IMG/VR virus record: IMGVR_UViG_3300012987_000004
Coordinates: 1 to 36,797 of that record
Reading direction: 5' to 3' (one strand)
DNA: 36,797 nt
Origin: a virus
Lineage: Duplodnaviria; Caudoviricetes
This document shows, in pieces, positions 10,544 through 18,666 of this stretch (positions are counted from its first letter, which is position 1; every line of letters begins with the position of its first letter). The position numbers were made by a program, and so were the translations under genes. Below the pieces are notes generated by a model, which saw nothing but the letters and a program-made list of their open reading frames with translations, was not told the DNA's origin and did no database searches.

Positions 10544-10975
10544 ATGAAAATCTCTATATTATCTGTGGGCATATTCATTGGATTAGCTATTTTAGGCGCT
10601 CTATCCTTCAAGGGCACAGCCTATCATACTGCTGCGGCTCAAAATATTACCACTCGTGCATTTACTACTGGATTCCAGCCAAATGCGCAGCGTGATTGCA
10701 TCGTTGGGTATAGTGTAGTAATTACTACGTCTTCTACGCTAGTTGCTGGAATGACGGGACAGATTCTTTTGCAGGTATCGCCAGATAGTACTACTTGGAC
10801 AACTATCATGTCAGCACAAAGCGGATTGGCAGCCGGCTTAGTGAATCCTGGAACAACGGGTAGCGTAACTGTGTTTGGCCTAATTAAGGCCAGACAATGG
10901 TGTCGTATCATTACCAATAATATTGCTGGCTCCCCTACATATAGTACACCTACAGGAACTGAATTGAGTATTTAA
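10544..10975 (+). CDS. Exported or membrane-anchored beta-sandwich-like hypothetical protein
   Basis: Hydrophobic N-terminus; LQVSPDSTTWTTI motif. Confidence 0.5.
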   Translation: MKISILSVGIFIGLAILGALSFKGTAYHTAAAQNITTRAFTTGFQPNAQRDCIVGYSVVITTSSTLVAGMTGQILLQVSPDSTTWTTIMSAQSGLAAGLVNPGTTGSVTVFGLIKARQWCRIITNNIAGSPTYSTPTGTELSI

Positions 10976-10976
10976 T

Positions 10977-11240
10977 ATGGATTTTAAAGACTATCATTTT
11001 AGAATGATATTTTGGTTCCTGGTAGTTTTATCAGCAATTATATTGATATATGATTTTGGTATTACATTTTTATCTATACCAGAGAAAAGTATTAGGTTTG
11101 CGGATGCGCATTCATCATCATTTACTAATATATTGATTGCCATAGTATCATTTTTCACAGGTGCCGCTGTTGGCACTATTTCTAAAAAGAAAACACAAAT
11201 TGATGAAACTCAAAATCACAATGACACAGGCGTTATTTGA
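10977..11240 (+). CDS. Two-TM membrane protein (holin-like)
   Basis: Two hydrophobic segments, IVSFFTG, basic tail; located in the lysis region. Confidence 0.55.
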   Translation: MDFKDYHFRMIFWFLVVLSAIILIYDFGITFLSIPEKSIRFADAHSSSFTNILIAIVSFFTGAAVGTISKKKTQIDETQNHNDTGVI

Positions 11241-11430
11241 AATCCTCATGGAAAATGTGACGGATTCGCCTGTACCTTCCTTTGAAATAGGAAACAATTA
11301 TGAGGTTACAATTTTGCCCGCTACGGAATCTTCTAATGAGGTAATAGAAAATTCAGCATCGAATGATGAGGCTACTACTGATGGCGACGTAGATGTTGTT
11401 GGCGGAGGGACTAAACCACCACGCCCTTGA
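11203..11430 (+). CDS. Small acidic protein ending GGGTKPPRP
   Basis: ATG at 11203; its stop overlaps the next gene's TTG start (TTGA). Confidence 0.6.
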   Translation: MKLKITMTQALFEILMENVTDSPVPSFEIGNNYEVTILPATESSNEVIENSASNDEATTDGDVDVVGGGTKPPRP

Positions 11431-11783
11431 TCACTAAAGACCACATACTAACTTTTTTGTTAGCCGTTGGCTTGCTGTCTTTCTGGGCGGCAAGCCAATT
11501 TTATGAATGGAAGCTTATATCTGGGGCCGGATATGATAGATTATATTCATTGGGCCTCCTTTATTGGGTATTCCGCCAACGATTTCAAGCCATATCGTTG
11601 TTTGATGCCATGATAGGTAATATTGCCGTTTGGCTATGCATATTCAACGTATATGATGAATTTTTCAGTAAAACACCCGCTACACCCTACAAACCAGGGA
11701 TTATTACTACTGTTGTGATTGTTACCTGCGTTTTTACATACTATCGCCAATGCAACAAATCGAAGAAGGATTTAAAGAAATAG
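11427..11783 (+). CDS. Multi-TM (about 4) membrane protein
   Basis: Hydrophobic segments; translational coupling to the upstream gene. Confidence 0.6.
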   Translation: MITKDHILTFLLAVGLLSFWAASQFYEWKLISGAGYDRLYSLGLLYWVFRQRFQAISLFDAMIGNIAVWLCIFNVYDEFFSKTPATPYKPGIITTVVIVTCVFTYYRQCNKSKKDLKK

Positions 11784-12079
11784 CAGCAAAATTAGTTTTA
11801 TTTATTCCCGGCTTAGTTATTGGTGTGGCATTAAAAATGAGCCATATCAGTAAAAGAAAAAAATTGACAATGAAAATAGCATTGTATGAGATTCTTTTAG
11901 CCATGGGAGCCTTTTGGGTGGTCTGGTGGGGATGCGAACATTATCATGTAAATGATTTTGTCAAAGCATTGGCCGTATTCGGCGCTGGCCGGTTCGGAGA
12001 TGTTATTATTCTTTATACATACAAAGCAATTGTATTGCTGGCTAAGTTTGCCTTTAATGAGATTAAAAAACAACAATAA
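11750..12079 (+). CDS. Putative holin (2-3 TM)
   Basis: 109 aa with hydrophobic segments and basic loops; directly upstream of the spanin candidate. Confidence 0.55.
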   Translation: MQQIEEGFKEIAAKLVLFIPGLVIGVALKMSHISKRKKLTMKIALYEILLAMGAFWVVWWGCEHYHVNDFVKALAVFGAGRFGDVIILYTYKAIVLLAKFAFNEIKKQQ

Positions 12080-12092
12080 ACCAAAATCCGCT

Positions 12093-12632
12093 ATGTACAA
12101 AAATTTTAATTGGTCGGCATGCGCAATAATGTGTTTCATGTTTTGTTGGCTTGCATGTCGCACAACGAAGCAGACGCCGGAGGAAAAGGCATATGAAGAA
12201 CGTGCCACCCGCATTAAGTTATTGGCAGATGCCAGGAAAATGTTTCCTTGTGATACTATTCATACTGAAACAGTTAAGATAGACACGGCTTTTTTATGGA
12301 TGACGCGCCAGGATACTGTACACGTTTCAGATAATGGCGATTCAATTTATTATATCGATAGGTATCATACCGTTGAAAAGGTGATCACCAAAACAAATAC
12401 GGTGATTGATCAGGCCGCATTACAAATGGCGCGTGATAGTATAGATAACAGAGGCTTTCTACTGGACGCTGCCATAAAGGCGAATTCAATATGTGAACAA
12501 GATAAAACCGCATTAAAGGCACAAATTTCCACGCTAAACACATATAAAGGGGTGATTATTGGAATGTCGATATTATTGGCTGTTTTGGGCATGTATATCG
12601 CTTATCGGGCTATAAAAAATACTTACTCGTAG
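12093..12632 (+). CDS. Putative unimolecular spanin (lipoprotein with C-terminal TM)
   Basis: ATG 12093; lipobox-like WLAC after a hydrophobic stretch, coiled-coil region, C-terminal TM GVIIGMSILLAVLGMYIAY. Confidence 0.65.
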   Translation: MYKNFNWSACAIMCFMFCWLACRTTKQTPEEKAYEERATRIKLLADARKMFPCDTIHTETVKIDTAFLWMTRQDTVHVSDNGDSIYYIDRYHTVEKVITKTNTVIDQAALQMARDSIDNRGFLLDAAIKANSICEQDKTALKAQISTLNTYKGVIIGMSILLAVLGMYIAYRAIKNTYS

Positions 12633-12656
12633 CGGGGTATGGTGAATATAGTGTGT

Positions 12657-12684
12657 AGAGGGTGGTATTCTTGCCACTCTCTTT
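12657..12684 (+). terminator. Hairpin / terminator after the late operon
   Basis: agagggtggt-attctt-gccactctct followed by a short T run. Confidence 0.6.
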
Positions 12685-12721
12685 CCTGTCAAATCATAAG
12701 TTTTACATTGAGTGATGAACT

Positions 12722-12748
12722 GTCCTGGGTGTTTACCTGGGACTTTTT
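12722..12748 (+). terminator. Intrinsic terminator
   Basis: gtcctgggt-gttt-acctgggac followed by ttttt. Confidence 0.75.
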
Positions 12749-12760
12749 ATTAAAATAAAT

Positions 12761-12791
12761 TTTGTTGGTAGCAAAATTGTCTGTAACATTG
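12761..12791 (+). promoter_or_regulatory. Conserved phage promoter motif, copy 1
   Basis: tttgtt-ggtagcaaaattgtctgtaacattg; aligns with copies at 14817, 21975, 26939 and 31017. Confidence 0.7.
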
Positions 12792-12811
12792 TATTACAAA
12801 ACACGAATCAA

Positions 12812-13303
12812 ATGGACAACAATGCATTTAGCAATGAACAAGTACTGAATCATGTAATAAAGAACACAATATATGTCGGGGCAATAAGAAAAGGCAGGCC
12901 AACATTTCTACTTAATGACTATGATCTTCGCGAATACATGAGAATGAAAATAGAAAATATATTGCCAATTGGATGGAAGGCAATACATGATAGGGTATCT
13001 GACGGATATAATGAACACGATTGCGTTTCGATAATAGAAGTCAATATCAAGTCAGATGATCCCGTGTCTACAAAAATATTCGCATTAGAAAATGCGCTAA
13101 ATATTCTTCATTTAAATACGCCATTTGGTGGTTTTATAATGGATGGATTTATAGAAGTGCCTTTTGGTGCAATTGGGCCTAATGAAAAGTCATATAATAT
13201 GATTCGATCTATATTCCCTCCATCATGGAATATAAAGATTGGCGCTAATTCAGCGAATACCGAATGGAAGTCCATAATAATTTCATCCTCTCAATTTGAA
13301 TAA
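12812..13303 (+). CDS. Hypothetical early protein
   Basis: 163 aa ORF just downstream of the promoter motif. Confidence 0.7.
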   Translation: MDNNAFSNEQVLNHVIKNTIYVGAIRKGRPTFLLNDYDLREYMRMKIENILPIGWKAIHDRVSDGYNEHDCVSIIEVNIKSDDPVSTKIFALENALNILHLNTPFGGFIMDGFIEVPFGAIGPNEKSYNMIRSIFPPSWNIKIGANSANTEWKSIIISSSQFE

Positions 13304-13304
13304 A

Positions 13305-13451
13305 ATGTACACACTTATACAAATTATCGCAATCTCAATACTACCCTTATCCATGATTTTAACAGGTATTAAAAATGGGGGCTGGCATGATCTATATAGC
13401 CAGTTTAAAAACAGCGTGAATGAACATAGAAAAAATGAAACAGTACATTAA
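13305..13451 (+). CDS. Small membrane peptide (48 aa, not in ORF track)
   Basis: MYTLIQIIAISILPLSMILTGIKNGG...; starts 2 nt after the previous stop. Confidence 0.5.
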   Translation: MYTLIQIIAISILPLSMILTGIKNGGWHDLYSQFKNSVNEHRKNETVH

Positions 13452-13629
13452 AATGCATTCTTTTTTTCCTGCATTTGTACAAGGGATTAAATATTCTTCA
13501 TATACCAGACATAAGTTACGCGGCACTGATAGCCACAATAATAAGGTAGGATTTACGAAGAAGGAGGAAATCGAAATCAAAAATGGGGTTACTAAATTTC
13601 TGAAGGAAATAGGGTATTTTAACAATTAA
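13420..13629 (+). CDS. Small basic hypothetical protein
   Basis: 69 aa ORF packed into the operon. Confidence 0.6.
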   Translation: MNIEKMKQYIKMHSFFPAFVQGIKYSSYTRHKLRGTDSHNNKVGFTKKEEIEIKNGVTKFLKEIGYFNN

Positions 13630-13640
13630 AACATAGCAAC

Positions 13641-13895
13641 ATGTACCTAACAGTTTGTTTTGAATCTGACAACGGAAAACAGGTTGAGGCTGAAATCTGC
13701 CTTGATCGCGAAGATTATTGCTTCGAACTCGAAGAATTATCAATTGACGAGACTGCATATCCGGTAAGGGAAATGCCATTTACTAGACGCCACTTGATAT
13801 GTAAAATCATAGAAGAGAATGTAGACATTCCTGCAAGAGTGTCAGAGGAATTGGATAACAGAAGGGAGCAATACGAACTATCTTTCAACGACTAA
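13641..13895 (+). CDS. Small acidic hypothetical protein
   Basis: 84 aa, Glu/Asp-rich. Confidence 0.65.
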   Translation: MYLTVCFESDNGKQVEAEICLDREDYCFELEELSIDETAYPVREMPFTRRHLICKIIEENVDIPARVSEELDNRREQYELSFND

Positions 13896-13905
13896 ACTTT
13901 TTATC

Positions 13906-14082
13906 ATGTACTCGATGTATATCATCTTTGGCGCTTTATGGACTGCATCGTTCATATTCATATGGTTGATCTTAAAAAGAGATGTTTTAAGTCAATATAA
14001 ACATGAAAATAACTCAAATGAAAAGACTATTTATCCGATTAATGGGTCAGTTAAGATCATTACAAAAGAGCAAAGAAACTGA
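13906..14082 (+). CDS. Small single-TM protein (58 aa, not in ORF track)
   Basis: MYSMYIIFGALWTASFIFIWLILKRD... Confidence 0.55.
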   Translation: MYSMYIIFGALWTASFIFIWLILKRDVLSQYKHENNSNEKTIYPINGSVKIITKEQRN

Positions 14083-14110
14083 TCATCAACTGTTTATTTA
14101 AACAAAAAAC

Positions 14111-14305
14111 ATGCAAGATAAATTATTATATGCCTCCATATGTGTTTGTATGCTCATGGTGTGGTCGGTATTTGTATATGGGTTAATATCGGTGTTTAAC
14201 GAAAAGGGATTATGCATTGCTGTTTATTTCTTTGCACTTTTTTGCATAATAAGTGGATTGGGATTTTCGGCCTTCCTTATAGAACTATACAAAAATATAG
14301 AATAA
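14111..14305 (+). CDS. Small two-TM protein
   Basis: 64 aa hydrophobic; A-rich start context. Confidence 0.6.
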   Translation: MQDKLLYASICVCMLMVWSVFVYGLISVFNEKGLCIAVYFFALFCIISGLGFSAFLIELYKNIE

Positions 14306-14415
14306 TGACTTTTCTATCTTCTAAAAAAGCTACTAGGTATTATTATGCTGGAATTGTATTCACGCTATCATTAACCGCGCTGACGATATGGGCAGCATCA
14401 AAAGCAAGATTATGA
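14305..14415 (+). CDS. Small single-TM peptide (36 aa)
   Basis: TAATG overlap with the previous gene and ATGA overlap with the next. Confidence 0.55.
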   Translation: MTFLSSKKATRYYYAGIVFTLSLTALTIWAASKARL

Positions 14416-14762
14416 AATTAATTGAACATACACATCCCAGGGCTGGATATTTTTCACACATTGAAATAGACAAGAAATCATTAAGTGGAATGGGCATAGA
14501 CACAAGAACAAATGTATTTGTTGTATCTCCAAGTGTTGTGGCTGGGATGGAGCAAAATACCGAGATGGCCGAACGTATTTCTGAAGCCTGGCATTCACAT
14601 TTTAAGCACCTAATACTTGCCATGCCTGGATTGGTGGAGGCTGCATATAAAGTTGTCACTGCATTCACTGAAATGGCAGAACAAATAGAAATATCAAAAA
14701 ACCTTGATACAGCAATGAATGAACTCAACGACGCACTTACGCCATACAAAGATATTATATAG
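14412..14762 (+). CDS. Hypothetical protein
   Basis: Probable start 14412 (ATGA coupling); followed by a terminator. Confidence 0.65.
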   Translation: MKLIEHTHPRAGYFSHIEIDKKSLSGMGIDTRTNVFVVSPSVVAGMEQNTEMAERISEAWHSHFKHLILAMPGLVEAAYKVVTAFTEMAEQIEISKNLDTAMNELNDALTPYKDII

Positions 14763-14784
14763 CCTAAGTTAGGTTTCAATAAAC

Positions 14785-14814
14785 GGGCGGTTATTCTTGA
14801 CCGCCTTTATTTTT
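14785..14814 (+). terminator. Intrinsic terminator
   Basis: gggcggtt-attctt-gaccgcct followed by ttattttt. Confidence 0.75.
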
Positions 14815-14816
14815 AT

Positions 14817-14847
14817 TTGATTGGTATCAAAAATGTCAGTATATTTA
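14817..14847 (+). promoter_or_regulatory. Conserved phage promoter motif, copy 2
   Basis: ttgatt-ggtatcaaaaatgtcagtatattta. Confidence 0.75.
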
Positions 14848-14879
14848 CAATGTTAATCACACAATAAAATTCTATAAAA

Positions 14880-15818
14880 ATGGAAGTAATAACACAGGGA
14901 AATGATTCATTGTCTTTGATCACTAAAGCCGAGATAGATATTCAAATATCTACAGCAAAGGCATTCCCCAGGTCCACAAAGACGTTTCTTGATAAAGCAA
15001 TGTCAATAGCCACGATAAGCGAAAACGTCGCCGAATCTTGTTCATATGCGCTTTCTCGTGGTGGAAAGACAATTGCTGGCCCATCAGTGAGGCTTGCGGA
15101 GATAGTAGCATCGGCTTATGGGAATATAAGATATGGTGCTCGTATTATTGCAAATGATGGCAAAAAGATCACAGCGCAAGGAATTTGTCATGATCTTGAA
15201 AGCAATACCTCAACCACTATTGAGGTAAGCCGTTCGATCTTACAGCATGAATATAAGAATGGTCAAAAGACCGGCAATATGATCACAATGAATGAAGATA
15301 TGCAGATTATCACGGGAAATGCTGCATGTGCTATTGCGTTGAGAAATGCCATTTTTAAGGTCATCCCATCCGCATTGGTTGATGATATTTACCAAAAGAC
15401 AAAACAGCTTGTTGCCGGGACAGAACAGACATTGCCAGCAAAAAGAGAAAAGGCTATTCAGCATTTGAAGGGAATGGGAGTGAAAGAATCACAAATATGT
15501 GAAGCATTGGATATTAAGCGTGTAGAAGATATAGACCTGGAAAAGCTCTCTATTTTACGCGGCATGGTATCGGCTATTAACAACGGAGAGTCTACTGTAA
15601 AAGAAATGTTTGACCCAGAGCCGGCAAATTGGAAAGAGGCTACAAAGAAAGAGCAATCAGAGGCATTTCAACGGACAATGAAATTCATCGAAACAACTAC
15701 TTTCGAAAATATACAGGATCTTAGAAAATTTGTGTCCACCGTTCCTGTAGAACAATTTAAAGAAGGAGAAACAATCTTATTTAATGAGGCTGTACGCCTT
15801 AAAGAGCTATCATTATAA
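14880..15818 (+). CDS. Putative recombination / single-strand annealing protein
   Basis: AEIDIQISTAKAFPR and RGGKTIAGPSVRLAE motifs of a phage family usually found beside YqaJ-like exonucleases; function inferred from context. Confidence 0.55.
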   Translation: MEVITQGNDSLSLITKAEIDIQISTAKAFPRSTKTFLDKAMSIATISENVAESCSYALSRGGKTIAGPSVRLAEIVASAYGNIRYGARIIANDGKKITAQGICHDLESNTSTTIEVSRSILQHEYKNGQKTGNMITMNEDMQIITGNAACAIALRNAIFKVIPSALVDDIYQKTKQLVAGTEQTLPAKREKAIQHLKGMGVKESQICEALDIKRVEDIDLEKLSILRGMVSAINNGESTVKEMFDPEPANWKEATKKEQSEAFQRTMKFIETTTFENIQDLRKFVSTVPVEQFKEGETILFNEAVRLKELSL

Positions 15819-16534
15819 TGGATTTCTCGAATCATAAATTTAGGTGCCATTCCTTATATCACTTGATGACAGGCGATCCGGGTAAACTATCTAAGGGCGC
15901 AATGATTCATTTGGTCGATGTTTATTCATCGACTAAATATATGCGGTCGAAGGATATTAAAAGCAAGTATTTTGAAAAGGGATTGGCTGTGGAAGAGAAA
16001 AACATTAGCCTTTACAGTGAGTATAAAGGGGAGTTGTATTTCAAGAATACAGTCAAATTAGAAAATGATTGGATCATAGGAACGCCTGATATTCGAACTA
16101 ATGTATATGTCGGTATAAAATCGCCTCGTTTGGTACACAAACGGGTGATAGATGTAAAAAGTTCCTGGGATGTGCATACATTCAATCGTCATCTATTGGA
16201 CGAAAAACCAGAACCAGCATACTTTTGGCAGGGACAAGGATATATGTTTTTGGAAGACGCAGAGGATTATATATTGGCTTATGGGTTAATCAATACACCT
16301 GAATTTCTAATAGATAAGGAGGTCAGAAGATTGAAGTATGAGCTGCCAGGAAGTCAATTAGAAGAAGCGGAGCAGGAATTGAGGCGCACCATGATTTTTG
16401 ATGATATTCCATTGAAGGAACGAGTTATTGAACAATATTTTAGAAGAGATGAAAAAGCAATATCAGGAATCAAAGTAAAGGTAGAATTGGCAAGAGAATT
16501 TCTTAACCATTTAAACAAAAAACAATGCAAGTAG
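15818..16534 (+). CDS. YqaJ / lambda-exonuclease-like PD-(D/E)xK nuclease
   Basis: KGLAVE, GTPDI, IDVKSSW and YFWQGQGYM motifs. Confidence 0.85.
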   Translation: MDFSNHKFRCHSLYHLMTGDPGKLSKGAMIHLVDVYSSTKYMRSKDIKSKYFEKGLAVEEKNISLYSEYKGELYFKNTVKLENDWIIGTPDIRTNVYVGIKSPRLVHKRVIDVKSSWDVHTFNRHLLDEKPEPAYFWQGQGYMFLEDAEDYILAYGLINTPEFLIDKEVRRLKYELPGSQLEEAEQELRRTMIFDDIPLKERVIEQYFRRDEKAISGIKVKVELAREFLNHLNKKQCK

Positions 16535-16827
16535 GATCATTAGTTGAGGTAATATTTCCAAGCGATGGATATGCGCATGTAGATGGAGTGCGGCAGCCAT
16601 TAGCACAGCCTATTTCTATAGGAGAAATATTAACCATATCAGATATCATACCAGGATTGGCAATTGATGGGAATACAGTAGAGACGGTGATATTATCTGA
16701 AAAATGGCATAAAATACATCCGATTGTAGGAATCAGAGTGGGCTATCAAAGAGGTTTTTTTCGTGAAATTCAGCGGCCAATGGAAATAAATTTGGAATCA
16801 ATCATTTCACAATCCAAAAATATCTAA
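16525..16827 (+). CDS. Hypothetical protein, paralog of 16838..17137
   Basis: Shared GSLVE start and FRE(I/L)QxPMxI end. Confidence 0.7.
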   Translation: MQVGSLVEVIFPSDGYAHVDGVRQPLAQPISIGEILTISDIIPGLAIDGNTVETVILSEKWHKIHPIVGIRVGYQRGFFREIQRPMEINLESIISQSKNI

Positions 16828-16837
16828 ACACTAAAAA

Positions 16838-17137
16838 ATGACAGAAGGATCATTAGTTGAGTGCTTAAACTCATTTAATTATTGGGAGCTTTCTCCATGG
16901 GAAGAATATAAAAAACAGACAGGATATGATGAGAGCTATGGCCCAAAATATAAAGAATTAAGCATTGTGGACGGTGTCAAAATGGAAGATGGAATAAAAT
17001 ACATTTCATTATTAGAATATCCAAAATTGGATCAATTTGGTGAGCGTGAATGGTACGATGCAAAGGCATTCCGCGAACTTCAATCGCCAATGAAAATAGA
17101 GATCAAATCTTTTCTTTCACAACCACAAACCGTTTAA
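16838..17137 (+). CDS. Hypothetical protein, paralog of 16525..16827
   Basis: Shared GSLVE start and FRE(I/L)QxPMxI end. Confidence 0.7.
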   Translation: MTEGSLVECLNSFNYWELSPWEEYKKQTGYDESYGPKYKELSIVDGVKMEDGIKYISLLEYPKLDQFGEREWYDAKAFRELQSPMKIEIKSFLSQPQTV

Positions 17138-17138
17138 T

Positions 17139-17390
17139 ATGAAATGGATTTTCAAACAGGAAGAAAATGTGCGATACGTTGAATGCTTGTATTTTCCCTC
17201 TATGTGGTTTGACAAATGCATATTAAAACAACGCAAGAAGTGGTGGGGATGGAAAACTACAGCATGGTGTTATTCATATATACTGGCACCTCAAGGAATG
17301 GATCACGTTATAACATGGCTTGATTGGTGTGAATCATATACTGCACCATCAAAAACAAACACACTACGTAAATTAACTGAAAAAAAATAA
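17139..17390 (+). CDS. Trp-rich hypothetical protein
   Basis: LKQRKKWWGWKT motif; tight gene packing. Confidence 0.65.
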   Translation: MKWIFKQEENVRYVECLYFPSMWFDKCILKQRKKWWGWKTTAWCYSYILAPQGMDHVITWLDWCESYTAPSKTNTLRKLTEKK

Positions 17391-17800
17391 TGATGCAAAA
17401 AAGACCATTTGATTTATCCCAGGCAATGGCAGGGAAAACAGTAATTGACGGATCGGGCAGAAAAGGAAAATACATTTATTCATTGAGCAATCCAACATTT
17501 GCCTATGGAAATAAAATACATATATTTTCCTTTAAAACAGAACTGGGACAAGAATTTCTGATAAACTCAGATGATAATGGTAATGCAGTATTAACAAAAG
17601 AATTTATCTATACAGGAATACTTTCTATTGAAGTTGAAGAAAAAGAATTTTGGATAGCGACCGGAATAAGTGAAATCACTAGCCATTTATACACATCTCA
17701 ACCATTTACAACGGCAGATGATGCGGCATTAGATTTAAAAAATCGAATTGAATTAATTGAAACATCACTACAAACACACAAAATAATACGCTATGAGTAA
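17390..17800 (+). CDS. Hypothetical protein, paralog of 17793..18158
   Basis: PFDLxxxxAG N-terminal motif. Confidence 0.7.
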   Translation: MMQKRPFDLSQAMAGKTVIDGSGRKGKYIYSLSNPTFAYGNKIHIFSFKTELGQEFLINSDDNGNAVLTKEFIYTGILSIEVEEKEFWIATGISEITSHLYTSQPFTTADDAALDLKNRIELIETSLQTHKIIRYE

Positions 17801-18158
17801 TCTAAAACCATTTGATTTGGGCCGCTGGAAGGCCGGGGACGAAATAATGTATCGTGACGGAAAAGGGATATTGGATATGCATTATTACGACCATGATGGA
17901 TTGATTTTCCCTATCCATGCATTGGCGTGGGACGGATCGTTTACTAGCCATCTACCAAATGGCAGATTTGACAAACGAGGCGCTGAACATCCACGTGATA
18001 TTGTAATGAAGCCTAAGAAAGAAATTTATTGGTTTGTCAGTTGGCCTGAATATAGAGATCGCCGTCGTACTTCTCGGATGTATACAAGTAAGGAGCTATT
18101 ATTGGCTAATCAATTTAAACAACCATTTAAAATTCATGAAATAGAAATTGAGGAATAA
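17793..18158 (+). CDS. Hypothetical protein, paralog of 17390..17800
   Basis: KPFDLGRWKAG N-terminal motif. Confidence 0.7.
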   Translation: MSNLKPFDLGRWKAGDEIMYRDGKGILDMHYYDHDGLIFPIHALAWDGSFTSHLPNGRFDKRGAEHPRDIVMKPKKEIYWFVSWPEYRDRRRTSRMYTSKELLLANQFKQPFKIHEIEIEE

Positions 18159-18161
18159 AAT

Positions 18162-18179
18162 AGGGGTTCGCCCCTTTTT
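18162..18179 (+). terminator. Intrinsic terminator
   Basis: agggg-ttcg-cccct followed by tttt. Confidence 0.7.
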
Positions 18180-18196
18180 ATTTTAAATAATTTGTT

Positions 18197-18204
18197 TACA
18201 TTTG
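18197..18204 (+). promoter_or_regulatory. Bacteroidota-type -7 box
   Basis: TACATTTG matches TAnnTTTG; lies between the terminator and ATG 18225. Confidence 0.55.
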
Positions 18205-18224
18205 ATAAAACAAACAATATTTAT

Positions 18225-18473
18225 ATGAACATAGAATCAAATATTATTCCTCAATTCACAAAATCATCTCGTGGGCGCCCTCCCAGATATCCATTTCATG
18301 AATTGTTGCCAGGACATACGCTTATAGTTCCAATAAGTGGATATAAAGACAAAATAACTGCATTAAGAGCCGTTAGCAATGCAATTTCAATATACAAGAC
18401 TAGGAATAAACTAGATTGGGAGACGGCATGTAGAACGACAGACAATAGCATTAATGTTCACCGCTTAAAGTAA
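18225..18473 (+). CDS. Small putative DNA-binding protein
   Basis: RGRPPRYPF motif; probable start 18225. Confidence 0.55.
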   Translation: MNIESNIIPQFTKSSRGRPPRYPFHELLPGHTLIVPISGYKDKITALRAVSNAISIYKTRNKLDWETACRTTDNSINVHRLK

Positions 18474-18477
18474 ACTT

Positions 18478-18666
18478 ATGCCAATTAAAAACATAAAACT
18501 TATACATCCAATAGACGAAAGCAATTCTTCTATAGAGATTTTTGCATCTTCCGATGGAATATGCATCAATAATCAGGAAGATGATTTTTTTACGATAATA
18601 GCTTTTGAAGACTGGAAAGAAATTGCGGCTTTTATTTCAGATGAAATTAAAAAATATGGCGAATAG
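18478..18666 (+). CDS. Hypothetical protein
   Basis: 62 aa ORF packed into the operon. Confidence 0.6.
   Translation: MPIKNIKLIHPIDESNSSIEIFASSDGICINNQEDDFFTIIAFEDWKEIAAFISDEIKKYGE

Noticed and set aside
11952-12092. Upstream starts given in the ORF track (11952; likewise 26939, 28006, 18605, 30098)
   Set aside because: They overlap upstream genes or promoter motifs; downstream ATGs give better coupling or correct signal-peptide placement.
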